A stretch of 64,000 bases of DNA from Thermodesulfobacteriota bacterium (GTDB lineage: Bacteria; Desulfobacterota_D; UBA1144; Nemesobacterales; Nemesobacteraceae): contig OZ253668.1 of assembly GCA_965263275.1 (NCBI GenBank), positions 795,154 through 859,153 of the forward strand, written 5' to 3'. The notes below the pieces were generated by a model. That model saw only the letters and a list, made by a program, of their open reading frames with translations. It ran no database searches and was not told the DNA's origin. This document shows positions 10,028 to 19,580 of the stretch, piece by piece (the first letter of the stretch is position 1; the number at the start of each line of letters is the position of its first letter). The position numbers and the translations under genes were made by a program.

Positions 10028-10270
10028 TTTTAGATACGGAGTCCTACCGGATGTTTTATTTGCACGTACGGTCTTTTGAGTGAAAAGTCCCTCGCGCAGC
10101 CTTGCCCGGCTTTACTTTGCCTGTCATTTAAAATAACTGTAATCTTCTCAAACACACCGGAAATTTCAATGAGAATCCGAAAGGCAATTCCACGGGAGGC
10201 AAAAACGGGGGGCTGGATCCAATGCCGCTTCCGTTCCCCAGAACCCGCGTTTTGAACCTAGGCAAAAACG

Positions 10271-10962
10271 ATGGAAACATTTGAAGCGCTGATTTTAAGA
10301 AAATCCAGTTACGGGGAAGCCGATCTTCTGGTAACGCTTTTCTCAAGGGAATCCGGAAAATTCAGGGCGCTTGCCAAAAACGCGAAAAAAAGCCGGAAGC
10401 GCTTCGGAGGACGACTCGATTTCTTTAACCGTCTCTCAATTGACGTAACTCTGAACAAAGGAAGATTCAATCTCATCGGGGACGTGACCTTAAAGCAAAC
10501 CTACAGGGATATAGCGGAATCGGTGGACTCTTTCGCTACGGCAACCCGCGTTCTTGAACTTGTGGATTTCCTCATTCCCGAACAGGAACCCGCAAGCGAG
10601 TTGTTCGACCTCGCCGCAGACACTCTGGAACTTCTCTCAAAAAAATGGGAACCGTATTCCGTTTTCCTCGTTTTCCTCCTCCGCGCGCTAACTCTTTGCG
10701 GCTACAGACCCGATTTGCGTTTTGACAAGGGAAAAGACATTGCGGGTTTTGACGTGGAAAACGGGAGGGTCTGTAACCTCGAGAAACTCAGAGTAAAAGA
10801 AACGTTTATCACTTTCACATGGACATAATGAGACGTCCAGAAATCATGGATAAAAACCCTGAGAAAGTAAAGAACAACATACGGGTTCTCACGAGATACA
10901 CCGAATACCTTACCAGCAAGCGTCTTGGGAAAAGCGATTTTGCGGGTGAGACCGCAACATGA
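10271..10962 (+). CDS. recO: DNA repair protein RecO, interrupted by a frameshift at about 10805 in this sequence
   Basis: ORF 10271..10828 carries the RecO N-terminus (ALILRKSSYGEADLLVTLFSRESGKFRALAKNAKKS). The C-terminal continuation (...MRRPEIMDKNPEK...KRLGKSDFAGE) is in the +2 frame up to 10962. The shift lies at a T-run (cgtttatc). Confidence 0.6.
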
Positions 10963-10991
10963 AGTGGAGAGCCGCTACGCCGGGCCCCCTG

Positions 10992-12185
10992 TCAAGTCCT
11001 GTAATCAGAATTGATAGAGACATACCTGTGGCTCAGGTCGCTTGTAAGAAGCGAGTAAGTCTCTTTTCCCTCTCCAAGGCTCAGGGTTACCGTAAAGGAC
11101 GGTTTTTTGAATACGGAGGCGAACCTTGATTCCGGCTGGGACCTAACACCTTTTGAGAACACTTCAGTCTCATCGAAATAGAGCTTTATTTTTTCGGGAT
11201 CGATCCCGACGCCGGCCCTGCCGGCGGCCGCCACTATCCTTCCCCAGTTAGCGTCCTCTCCGTAAAACGCGGTCTTAACGAGCTGGGAAGTGGCTATCGT
11301 CCTTGCGATTTTCTCGGCGTCTCCCTCGGTCCTTGCCTCCGTAACACTGATTCTTACGACCTTCGTAGCCCCTTCACCGTCGCTTACTATCATTTCGGCG
11401 ATCTCCCCGCATAGAGACGAAAGCGCCTCTACAAACTTCCCGTAATCCTCGCTTTTCTCGGTGATTTTCCCGTTCCCGAGAACCCCGTTTGCGAGGATAA
11501 AAACGGAGTCGTTAGTGGAAGTGTCCCCGTCAACCGTCATGGCGTTAAAGGAACCTTCCGCGGCCGCAGAAAGAGCCTTCGAAAGAGCCTTCCGCCCGAT
11601 GTTAAGATCCGTCATTATAAAACAGAGCATGGTCGCCATGTCGGGACATATCATCCCCGCCCCCTTGGCGATAGCCGAGACGGTGGCGGTCTTTTCTCCC
11701 AATACTAACTCTCTCACGGGGAACTGCCTCGATGCATATTTGGGAAAGGCGTCGGTCGTCATTATGGCTTCCGCGGCCTCCCGAGCGTTATCCTCACCGA
11801 GGCCCCTTACGAGCCTGGGGATGGACTTTTTGATTTTCCCGGCGGGAAGCTTTTGCCCTATAACACCGGTTGACGAAGGAATTACGAGCGACTCGTCTAT
11901 TCCGAGCCGGCTGGAGAGCGAGTTTGCCACGTCAAGCGAGTCTTGGTATCCCCTTTTGCCCGTGCAGGCGTTTGCGTTCGCGCTGTTTATGATTATCGCC
12001 TGGCAGAACCCGCTTGCTATTCTCTCCTCGGCAAGAAGCACGGGCGCCGCCTTTATCAGGTTTTTCGTGAATATGGCGGACGCGCGGGCCGGAGCGGTTG
12101 AGAATATGAGAGCCAAGTCCTTTTTCTCGTTTTTCTTAAGTCCGGCGGATACGCCGCTTAGCAGAAATCCCGGTGCGTTTTTCAT
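10992..12185 (-). CDS. argJ: bifunctional glutamate N-acetyltransferase/amino-acid acetyltransferase
   Basis: 397 aa. The ATMLCFIMTD autoproteolytic-site region and overall ArgJ architecture are present. Confidence 0.9.
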   Translation of the reverse strand: MKNAPGFLLSGVSAGLKKNEKKDLALIFSTAPARASAIFTKNLIKAAPVLLAEERIASGFCQAIIINSANANACTGKRGYQDSLDVANSLSSRLGIDESLVIPSSTGVIGQKLPAGKIKKSIPRLVRGLGEDNAREAAEAIMTTDAFPKYASRQFPVRELVLGEKTATVSAIAKGAGMICPDMATMLCFIMTDLNIGRKALSKALSAAAEGSFNAMTVDGDTSTNDSVFILANGVLGNGKITEKSEDYGKFVEALSSLCGEIAEMIVSDGEGATKVVRISVTEARTEGDAEKIARTIATSQLVKTAFYGEDANWGRIVAAAGRAGVGIDPEKIKLYFDETEVFSKGVRSQPESRFASVFKKPSFTVTLSLGEGKETYSLLTSDLSHRYVSINSDYRT

Positions 12186-12316
12186 AGGGAAATTATATAC
12201 AAACTATGCTGTCTACGGAATAAGAACCGGAAAACCCGAAGGAAACTGCAACTCCCGCGGAACAACCGCCGGGAAAGAGGCTCCCCGTACCGCTTCCTTT
12301 AACGCTCCCGCTAGGT

Positions 12317-13420
12317 TCACTTGTGATCAGAACCGGTAATCTCGCTCAGGTCGCTAATTCCGTTTTTATCCATGAACCCAAGGAGCCCCCTGTTTATCGA
12401 GTTCGCAACCGATAGCCCCTCTCCGCGAAGACCAGTGACTACTTGGAGGGCTTTCGCTCCCGCGCGCAACTTCTCAAGCGCAGAAGCCGTGTCGCACACC
12501 CCTCCGACTCCGATTATCTCGACCTCCCCGCCGGTAGTGCGGTAAATGTGGGAAATAATTGACGTGGAAAGCGATTTGTACTCAAAATCGTTTCCGCTTA
12601 TTCCCCCAGGAAGACCTTCCCACTTCGCGCCGTATTTTCCCTTAACCAGGCCGCTGTCTGTCGTATTGGTGGCGATTACGCCTGAAATCCCGGAATCGAT
12701 CACGACCTTTAGTACATTGTCTATCGCTTCGGTGGCAAGGTCAGGAGAGATTTTTACAAACAGGGGTTTGGCGCCGGAAGAATCCCCGAGAGACTCCCTT
12801 ACGGCCCGTATTATCTCCTCAAGCCGCCCTCCGTCCTGAAGCCTCCTTAATCCCGGGGTGTTAGGAGAGCTCACGTTTATGGCAAAGTAGGCCGCGTTGC
12901 CGCGGAACTTCCGGGCGACGGCCGCGTACGCCCGCGCGGCGTCTTCGTGGTCTACATCGGAGTTTATGCCGAGGTTCACTCCCACGGGCATGTCCAGGCG
13001 GCCGTACCACGCGAGGTTTCGGAATACAGCATCCATCCCCGGGCTGTTAAGTCCAAGAGAGTTGAGACACACCTCCGGGGTCACCATGAACTGTCTCGGC
13101 TTCGGATTTCCCCTCTGGGGTCTCTCAACGACCGAACCCACCTCAACTCCCCCAAAACCAATCGAGTACAGGGCCTTAACCGCCCTTGCGGTCTTATCCC
13201 ACCCGGCACCCACGATAAGGGGGTTCTCAAAGGGCACTCCGGCAATCGTAACGCCAAGTCTTTTGTCCCGGACCCTGGCTCCACCGCTTGCGGCAAATTC
13301 AAGAAGTCTCAATGTAAGACCCGAGAACTCGCAAAGATGCATAAGCTCCTTTACGTTATGGTGCCATGTTTCAGAATCAAGGCGGTCAAGAACCGGTCTT
13401 ACAAAAGTTTTATAGCTCAT
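12317..13420 (-). CDS. pyrD: dihydroorotate dehydrogenase (quinone), class 2
   Basis: 367 aa with an N-terminal membrane-association extension, plus GLNSPG and NVSSPNTPGLR motifs. Confidence 0.9.
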   Translation of the reverse strand: MSYKTFVRPVLDRLDSETWHHNVKELMHLCEFSGLTLRLLEFAASGGARVRDKRLGVTIAGVPFENPLIVGAGWDKTARAVKALYSIGFGGVEVGSVVERPQRGNPKPRQFMVTPEVCLNSLGLNSPGMDAVFRNLAWYGRLDMPVGVNLGINSDVDHEDAARAYAAVARKFRGNAAYFAINVSSPNTPGLRRLQDGGRLEEIIRAVRESLGDSSGAKPLFVKISPDLATEAIDNVLKVVIDSGISGVIATNTTDSGLVKGKYGAKWEGLPGGISGNDFEYKSLSTSIISHIYRTTGGEVEIIGVGGVCDTASALEKLRAGAKALQVVTGLRGEGLSVANSINRGLLGFMDKNGISDLSEITGSDHK

Positions 13421-13491
13421 TACCCTGAGAAGATTTTATCCGAATCAGGGAACTTCGGGAAAAGCCGGCTTTAAAAAGGAATACCGGAAGA

Positions 13492-14592
13492 TCAGACATT
13501 GAACCTGAAAAACATCACGTCCCCGTCGCAGACCTCGTACTCCTTTCCCTCAACCCTCATCTTCCCGGCTTCCCTAACCATCTGCTCCGAACCCTCGTTT
13601 ATGTAATCTTTGTAGGATATGGTCTCGGCTCTTATGAAGCCCCTTTCGAAATCGGTGTGGATAACCCCGGCCGCCTGAGGCGCCCTGGTCCCTTGGCGAA
13701 CAGTCCATGCTCTTACTTCCTTAGGCCCCGCGGTAAAATAGGTGAGAAGTCCGAGATTCGAGTACGCGGAGTTAACAAGCCTGTCAAGGCCGGAATCGCT
13801 AAGCCCGAGTTCCCCTAGAAAAGCCGCCCTTTCCTCTCCTTCAAGCTCGGATATTTCAGCCTCTATCCTGGCAGAGACAATGATAACATCATCCCCCGAG
13901 CGGCTTGCGTGTTCTTTTACCTTCCGGACTTCAGCGTTTTCTTCAGTTCCCGAGACTTCATCTTCGGAGACGTTGCAGACGTAAATAACGGGCTTTGAAC
14001 TTAGAAGAAAAAGCTCCCGCACAGTATCCGCGCATTGCTCTGACCCGGGAAAGTCGCGCGCGCGCTTCCCCGTCTCGATAAACTCCCTAAGCGACCTTAC
14101 CGTCTCAAATGCCCGGACCATTTCCCTGTCCCTGCTTTTGGCCTGCGTTGAGAGTCTTTCCTCTCTTTTCTCAACTGTTTCAAGGTCCTTTAGGATAAGT
14201 TCGTCTTCAATCGTGCGGATATCCCGGATGGAGTCAATCCCCTCTTCCACGTGGATAACGTTTTCATCCTCAAAACATCTGACCACGTGCAGTATCAAAT
14301 CCACGTCCCTTATATGGGACAAAAAGGCGTTTCCCCGGCCCTTTCCCTCAGAAGCTCCCTTCACGAGCCCCGCGATGTCAACGATCTCTATGCTTGTGGG
14401 GATGGTTTTCTCCGGTCCTACGATATCCGAGAGCGCATAAAGTCTGGGGTCCGGAACTCCGACGACTCCTATGTTCGGATCTATGGTGCAGAAAGGAAAA
14501 TTGGATGCGGCAACGCTCGCGTTTGTGAGCGCGTTGAAAAGAGTTGACTTCCCGACATTGGGAAGTCCTACTATTCCGCATCCTAGTCTCAT
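13492..14592 (-). CDS. ychF: redox-regulated ribosome-binding ATPase YchF
   Basis: The track ORF runs to 14667, but its first 25 codons overlap tRNA-His. The real start is MRLGCGIVGLPNVGKSTLFNALT (G1 P-loop) at 14592. A C-terminal TGS domain is present. Confidence 0.85.
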   Translation of the reverse strand: MRLGCGIVGLPNVGKSTLFNALTNASVAASNFPFCTIDPNIGVVGVPDPRLYALSDIVGPEKTIPTSIEIVDIAGLVKGASEGKGRGNAFLSHIRDVDLILHVVRCFEDENVIHVEEGIDSIRDIRTIEDELILKDLETVEKREERLSTQAKSRDREMVRAFETVRSLREFIETGKRARDFPGSEQCADTVRELFLLSSKPVIYVCNVSEDEVSGTEENAEVRKVKEHASRSGDDVIIVSARIEAEISELEGEERAAFLGELGLSDSGLDRLVNSAYSNLGLLTYFTAGPKEVRAWTVRQGTRAPQAAGVIHTDFERGFIRAETISYKDYINEGSEQMVREAGKMRVEGKEYEVCDGDVMFFRFNV

Positions 14593-14622
14593 ATGTTTTT
14601 TCTTCCCGCAGCCTGAAGAAAA

Positions 14623-14701
14623 TGGGGTGGATGACCGGATTTGAACCGGCGACCTCTTGGGCCACAACCAAGTGCTCTAACCGGGCTGAGCTACACCCAC
14701 C
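14623..14701 (-). tRNA. tRNA-His (GTG) with genomically encoded G-1 and CCA
   Basis: Minus-strand cloverleaf G-GTGGGTG...anticodon loop TTGTGGC...T-arm GGTTCAAATCC...CATCCACC-CCA. The extra 5' G pairs with discriminator C73, as is typical for bacterial tRNA-His. Confidence 0.85.
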
Positions 14702-14847
14702 TTCGAAATCTTCTTCGTCTACGAAGCAAAACCGAATCCGCTAATATACCGGCAACTTTGTTAACAAACAAATCATCGCACACAAGGCACTAGGCCGCGA
14801 CGAAAACCGCTGTTTTTTGGACCTACGGACAGGTCTTGGAGTACATA

Positions 14848-14897
14848 TTTGATTTAATCGAGAAACTTGTTTATACTAGGCAATTTTTGATTTAATC
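14848..14897 (+). promoter_or_regulatory. direct repeat TTTGATTTAATC x2 (38-nt spacing) flanking a TATACT -10-like element upstream of the malate synthase/ICL operon
   Basis: Exact 12-nt repeats at 14848-14859 and 14886-14897. A 10-bp perfect palindrome TTGTTAACAA lies upstream. Confidence 0.3.
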
Positions 14898-14926
14898 TCA
14901 ACAGGTATCCGAGGAGCAACGAACCA

Positions 14927-16810
14927 ATGGGCACTGAACTGCACATAAGAGACAACATCGAGCAATCCTATGGCGACGTGTACACGCCAGAGGCGCTCGC
15001 GGCCCTTGAATTCATGGCCCGCTTTAACGGGGAACAGAAGGCGATTATGGAGAAAAGGACGCAAAGAAGGAAAAGACGCTATGAGTCCGGTGAGAGAATA
15101 ACGTTTCTTGATCCCGATTCCCTGATCCCGCGTACCAACATCAAAGTCCAGGACGCGAGGGACGGGAAATTCGAGGGAGCAGAGATTCCCCATGATCTCA
15201 AAAGACAGTGGATACAGGGAACGGGCCCTGCTGCCAAACCGAACTCGCCTGTTGAAAAAAGCATAAGAAACGTTGCCTACGCTCTTCTCTCGGGCGCCGA
15301 CGGGTGGATGTTCGACGGAGAGGACGCCCTCGGACAGATCTCCACGATGTCCCTTGACAACCAGCGAAACCTCAAGCTCGCCATCGCAAGAGACGAGGTC
15401 TTCATGAAAACAGCCGAGGCGGTAGCCGGAGAGATGAACAGGTGGGGACAGAGCTTCTTCGGACATGACATAATAGACGACTGGGAAAAGCAGCTTGACT
15501 TCACTACCGTTATTTTCCGTGCCAGGGGACTTCATCTCGACGACCGGCACATACGCAACGCTGACGGCGTAGCTCTTTCCGCTTCCGTAGCCGACATGAC
15601 TCTGTTTGTGGTGAACAACTACAGGGAGCTTGCGAAAAGAAACTCTTCCATAGTTCTTTACCTGCCCAAGATTCAGACCGCGGAGGAAGCGGCGCTTTGG
15701 AACGAGATGCTGACGGCTCTTGAGAGCCATCTCGGACTTCCCGAAGGGTCCATAAAGGTATACGTGCTGATAGAGCAGCTTGAGGAAACGTTCCAGCTTA
15801 TGGAAATCAGGGCCGCTTTGGGAAAACACTTCGCTGGATTTAACACCGGCAGGTGGGATTACATAAACAGCGTTTCGGACGCCATGGCGTGGGACAAGGA
15901 TTTTCTGAATCCGAACATAGAGTCGATCACCATGACCTACGGTTACATGAGAAACTACGAAGACCGCGTGAGAAGAGCGGTGAATACGCCTGATATAAAC
16001 GGAAAGTTCGCGCTCTGGCAGGGAGGGATGGAACCGAACATCCCAGTGGGGTCAAAAGAGGGCGTTCAAAGCAGCATGGAAAAAGCGTACGCAGGAGCCG
16101 TGCGCGAACAGCAGGAAGGAGCCAGCGGTAAATGGGTAGCCCATTGGAAAATGGTGCACATAATAAGGCCCGTATGGGAAAAAACAGGCGAGGAAAACCA
16201 GCTCGGAAGAGAGTTCCCTCCCCTGACCTATACCCAGGAAGACGCAGACGGCCTTACCCTTCTTGAACCGGCTCCAAGAACGATAAGAGGAGCCCGCAAC
16301 CTGCTCAGCGTGGGGCTTCAGTACGGAAACGCTTTCGGACAGGGCTTCCAGGCCGCGGCGCTAAAACCCGCGGATTTCTTCGGCAACGACGACATTCTTT
16401 ACCTGATGGAAGACGCCGCGACCGGAGAGATAAGACTGAGCATACTCTGGGAATGGGTCCACAAAGGAGCAAAGCTCACCGAGGACGACCCGGAAACCGG
16501 ACTGAAAGCGGGGGATGTGTTCACCATCGAGGTTTTCGAGAGGCTTCTTGAGGAAGAATACGAAAAACTGCAGAAAGCAAGTGACAGAGACGTCCATGAC
16601 ATCTCGAAACCCACCACGCTTCCGATAGCGAAACAGATAGTGAGAACTTATGTGCTTGACGACGTTAAGGTACCGTGGTACATAGACCTTCTCAACATAA
16701 ACCTAAACAACCACGATCACGATATAGCCGCGCAAAGAATCGAACTCTACATGTCGGAGTTTGCGGGCAAAGATAAGAGAATCACCGAGAATCTGGATTT
16801 TGTAATTTAG
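14927..16810 (+). CDS. malate synthase
   Basis: 627 aa. KHFAGFNTGRWDYI closely matches the PROSITE malate-synthase signature. It sits directly upstream of isocitrate lyase. Confidence 0.85.
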   Translation: MGTELHIRDNIEQSYGDVYTPEALAALEFMARFNGEQKAIMEKRTQRRKRRYESGERITFLDPDSLIPRTNIKVQDARDGKFEGAEIPHDLKRQWIQGTGPAAKPNSPVEKSIRNVAYALLSGADGWMFDGEDALGQISTMSLDNQRNLKLAIARDEVFMKTAEAVAGEMNRWGQSFFGHDIIDDWEKQLDFTTVIFRARGLHLDDRHIRNADGVALSASVADMTLFVVNNYRELAKRNSSIVLYLPKIQTAEEAALWNEMLTALESHLGLPEGSIKVYVLIEQLEETFQLMEIRAALGKHFAGFNTGRWDYINSVSDAMAWDKDFLNPNIESITMTYGYMRNYEDRVRRAVNTPDINGKFALWQGGMEPNIPVGSKEGVQSSMEKAYAGAVREQQEGASGKWVAHWKMVHIIRPVWEKTGEENQLGREFPPLTYTQEDADGLTLLEPAPRTIRGARNLLSVGLQYGNAFGQGFQAAALKPADFFGNDDILYLMEDAATGEIRLSILWEWVHKGAKLTEDDPETGLKAGDVFTIEVFERLLEEEYEKLQKASDRDVHDISKPTTLPIAKQIVRTYVLDDVKVPWYIDLLNINLNNHDHDIAAQRIELYMSEFAGKDKRITENLDFVI

Positions 16811-16849
16811 ATTCTCGAAGAAAACAATATTTTTTAGGAGAGCAGACTC

Positions 16850-19123
16850 ATGAGCCAGTTTGAAGCTGAGATAAGGAAAACGAAAAGGTATTTTTCAAGC
16901 GTGCGCTTCAAAGGAATAACCCGTCTCTACTCCCCCCGACAAGTAGTGGAGCAGAGAGGAACCATAAGAAGGGATTATTCGATCGCGAAAAACGCGGCGG
17001 AGAATTTTTACAAAAGACTCCGGGAGCTATTTTCCCAGAAAAAGCAGATAACGTCCTTCGGTCCGTACTCACCCGGCCAGGCCGTTATGATGAAAAGAAA
17101 GGGGATTGAGGCAATCTATCTTGGCGGATGGGCCACGTCGGCAAAAGGCTCAATGAACGAGGACCAGGGAGCGGATCTCGCAAGCTATCCACTAAGCCAG
17201 GTACCTGACGAAGCGGCTCCAATAGTAAGAGCCCTTCTGTCCGCGGACAAGAACCAGAGATACAACCGCTCCAGAATGACGGAGAAGGAAAGGGCTCGGA
17301 CACCGCAGATTGATTACAGCCCCTTCATAGTTGCGGACGCGGACACCGGGCACGGGGGCGACGCCCATGTGAGGAACCTTATCCGCAGGTTCGTTGAAGT
17401 AGGCGTAACAGGTTGTCACATCGAAGACCAGAAACCCGGAACCAAGAAATGCGGTCATCAGGGCGGAAAGGTTCTAGTACCTTCTGACGAACAGATAAAA
17501 AGACTAAACGCGGCAAGGTTTCAGCTCGATATCATGGAAGTGCCGGGGATAATAGTTTCAAGAACCGACGCCGAAGCCGCGGCACTTCTTGACGGAAACG
17601 GGGATGAGCGTGACCAGCCGTTTACTCTGGGAGCCACCAAGCTTAATATCCCAAGTTACAAAAACACTTACCTGACAATCCTTAAAAGGATCAATGAAAA
17701 GGGCGTAAAAGAGATAAACGGTCACAAGCTCTATAAAATAAGCGACGAGACCTACGCGGACACTGACAAGTGGCTCGAAAAGGTCGGAATAGCGTCGTTT
17801 ATAGACGAGAGCGTGGAGAAAATGAAAGGGGATACGCATGAGTTTGAAACCGTTTTCGATTCCATAGTTACCAATTTCGTCAAGACATGGGAAGAGGAAT
17901 CCGGGTTGAGCACTTTCGGCGAAACGATAGAGAAACTGATGCAGTTTAATATTGAGCAGGGCATTGAGTTTGACATGAGTGTCGAGCAGTGGAAAGAGTT
18001 TGCCAAAACCGCGTCGACAAAAGACGCAATGGCAAAAGCTGATTCCATGGGAATTGACTATATATGGGACACCGAGATCTCAAGGACTCCCGAGGGATAT
18101 CATCAGGTAAAAGGGGGAATCGAGTACGCAATCGCCAAGTCGCTTGCCGTAGCGCCTTTTGCCGACCTGCTCTGGATGGAAACCAAAACGGCGGACATAG
18201 AGGATGCCAGGCAGTTCGCAGACGCCATCCACGAAGTCTTTCCGAACAAGATGCTGGCCTATAACCTGTCCCCCTCCTTTAACTGGGATACAACGGGAAT
18301 GACCGACGAGGAAATGAAGAAATTCCCCGAAGAGATAGGAAAGCTCGGCTTCGTGTTTGATTTCATAACCTACGGTGGTCATCAGATTGACGGTATGGCC
18401 GCAGAAGAGTTCGCAACGGCGCTTCAGGAAGACGGCATGCTGGCCCTGGCTCGGGTACAGAGAAGACTAAGGCTCATAGATTCGCCTTACAAAACTCCGC
18501 AGAGCCACGTCGGAGGACCCCGCATGGACGGAGCGCTTGTGGCAAGCTCCGGCAGAACCGCGACGACAAAAGCCATGGGCAAGGGTTCCACCCAGTTCCA
18601 GCACCTGGTCCAGACGGAAATTTCCATCAAGCTTCTCGAAGAATGGCTTGAGTCTTGGACAAGGCACTACAAGATCAAGGACAGTTTCACCGTTGAACTC
18701 AAGCCCCACACCGTGGGAACGTTCGTGCTTGAACTGAACATTCTAAACGGCAAGGGCGAGAAGGTAGCGGACATCATATTCGAAATTCTGCAGGACAGAA
18801 AGGGAGAAAAAATACTTACGATAAGGGATGAGAACAATTTTGATACTGCTCTTCGCCAGAAACGTCTCGCCACCCTGCTCCATCTGTTCCTCATTCATCG
18901 CTACAAAACGGACTTCGTACATTACGTAAGTCCCACGGATGATAACCTGATGCAGACCAAGGGAATGATGAGACTCGGGATTTACGAATCGGTCAACACC
19001 GAAGTCGGTCATATAATAGTGACCAAGGTAAACGTCGATTACGTAAAAGAGTTACTGAGTCCCGACCGCAGGGAACTGAAAAAGCTTATAGCGAAGAAAA
19101 CCAAATCCCGTAAAAAGAAATAA
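16850..19123 (+). CDS. aceA: isocitrate lyase, long (ICL2/AceAb-like, about 757 aa) form
   Basis: [16 protein letters not shown] signature, with a large inserted and C-terminal region as in the ~766 aa mycobacterial ICL2. RBS AGGAG is 7 nt upstream. Confidence 0.9.
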   Translation: MSQFEAEIRKTKRYFSSVRFKGITRLYSPRQVVEQRGTIRRDYSIAKNAAENFYKRLRELFSQKKQITSFGPYSPGQAVMMKRKGIEAIYLGGWATSAKGSMNEDQGADLASYPLSQVPDEAAPIVRALLSADKNQRYNRSRMTEKERARTPQIDYSPFIVADADTGHGGDAHVRNLIRRFVEVGVTGCHIEDQKPGTKKCGHQGGKVLVPSDEQIKRLNAARFQLDIMEVPGIIVSRTDAEAAALLDGNGDERDQPFTLGATKLNIPSYKNTYLTILKRINEKGVKEINGHKLYKISDETYADTDKWLEKVGIASFIDESVEKMKGDTHEFETVFDSIVTNFVKTWEEESGLSTFGETIEKLMQFNIEQGIEFDMSVEQWKEFAKTASTKDAMAKADSMGIDYIWDTEISRTPEGYHQVKGGIEYAIAKSLAVAPFADLLWMETKTADIEDARQFADAIHEVFPNKMLAYNLSPSFNWDTTGMTDEEMKKFPEEIGKLGFVFDFITYGGHQIDGMAAEEFATALQEDGMLALARVQRRLRLIDSPYKTPQSHVGGPRMDGALVASSGRTATTKAMGKGSTQFQHLVQTEISIKLLEEWLESWTRHYKIKDSFTVELKPHTVGTFVLELNILNGKGEKVADIIFEILQDRKGEKILTIRDENNFDTALRQKRLATLLHLFLIHRYKTDFVHYVSPTDDNLMQTKGMMRLGIYESVNTEVGHIIVTKVNVDYVKELLSPDRRELKKLIAKKTKSRKKK

Positions 19124-19160
19124 AGAGATCCTAAATTGAATAGAATCTCTTTTCGTACAT

Positions 19161-19195
19161 GCTCAAGGCGAAAAACAACGCTTTTTGCCTTGAGC
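19161..19195 (+). terminator. stem-loop downstream of aceA (putative terminator)
   Basis: Perfect 9-bp inverted repeat GCTCAAGGC...GCCTTGAGC (17-nt loop) about 40 nt after the aceA stop. A second shorter hairpin AAGAGAT...ATCTCTT sits at 19127-19155. Neither is followed by a U-tract. Confidence 0.35.
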
Positions 19196-19477
19196 TGTAA
19201 CCGTCTTTGTCTGGGTCTTTTGCGATATCTCCCTTGCTGATGAAATCTCGCTGCTCAATGACCACGCCCCTATAGGAGTTATGAGCGACCATACTCACAA
19301 AGCAGGTGAATGGATGGTCTCCTACCGCTACGGTTTCATGAAAATGGACGGAAACGGCTACAGCTTCACAGTCGGCTGGCAGATGTCAATCTGAAAACGA
19401 GATTCGATTAAAGAACCCTGCGATTGACATAAAAACCCAGAGAACTCTCCGTCAGCCATCATTCCGGAGCGGAGAGC

Positions 19478-19515
19478 CTTACGGTTTCAAGGAAAAAAAC
19501 CGTAAAATATATTTT
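19478..19515 (+). terminator. hairpin plus T-rich tract (rho-independent-like terminator) after the orphan small ORF
   Basis: TTACGGTTT-caaggaaaa-AAACCGTAA perfect 9-bp stem, followed by AATATATTTT. Confidence 0.35.
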
Positions 19516-19580
19516 CGTAGTAATCAATACCAAAAACTGTATCCTAATTTATTCAGAACAGAGGCGACTCAGCACGTCTC

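Noticed and set aside
10029-10270. 243-nt divergent intergenic region between ubiA-like and recO, examined for riboswitch/sRNA
   Set aside because: No convincing conserved structure or repeat. It is most simply two divergent promoters.
11461-12339. 292-aa plus-strand ORF
   Set aside because: Antisense to argJ. Ala/Ser/Pro-rich low-complexity translation.
14876-15829. 317-aa minus-strand ORF
   Set aside because: Antisense to malate synthase and partly overlapping its promoter region. No domain signal.
19400-19580. Possible M-box (Mg2+) riboswitch in the mgtE leader
   Set aside because: The position is right, but I could not recognise the conserved M-box core by eye. This needs a covariance-model search, so I am not calling it a feature.
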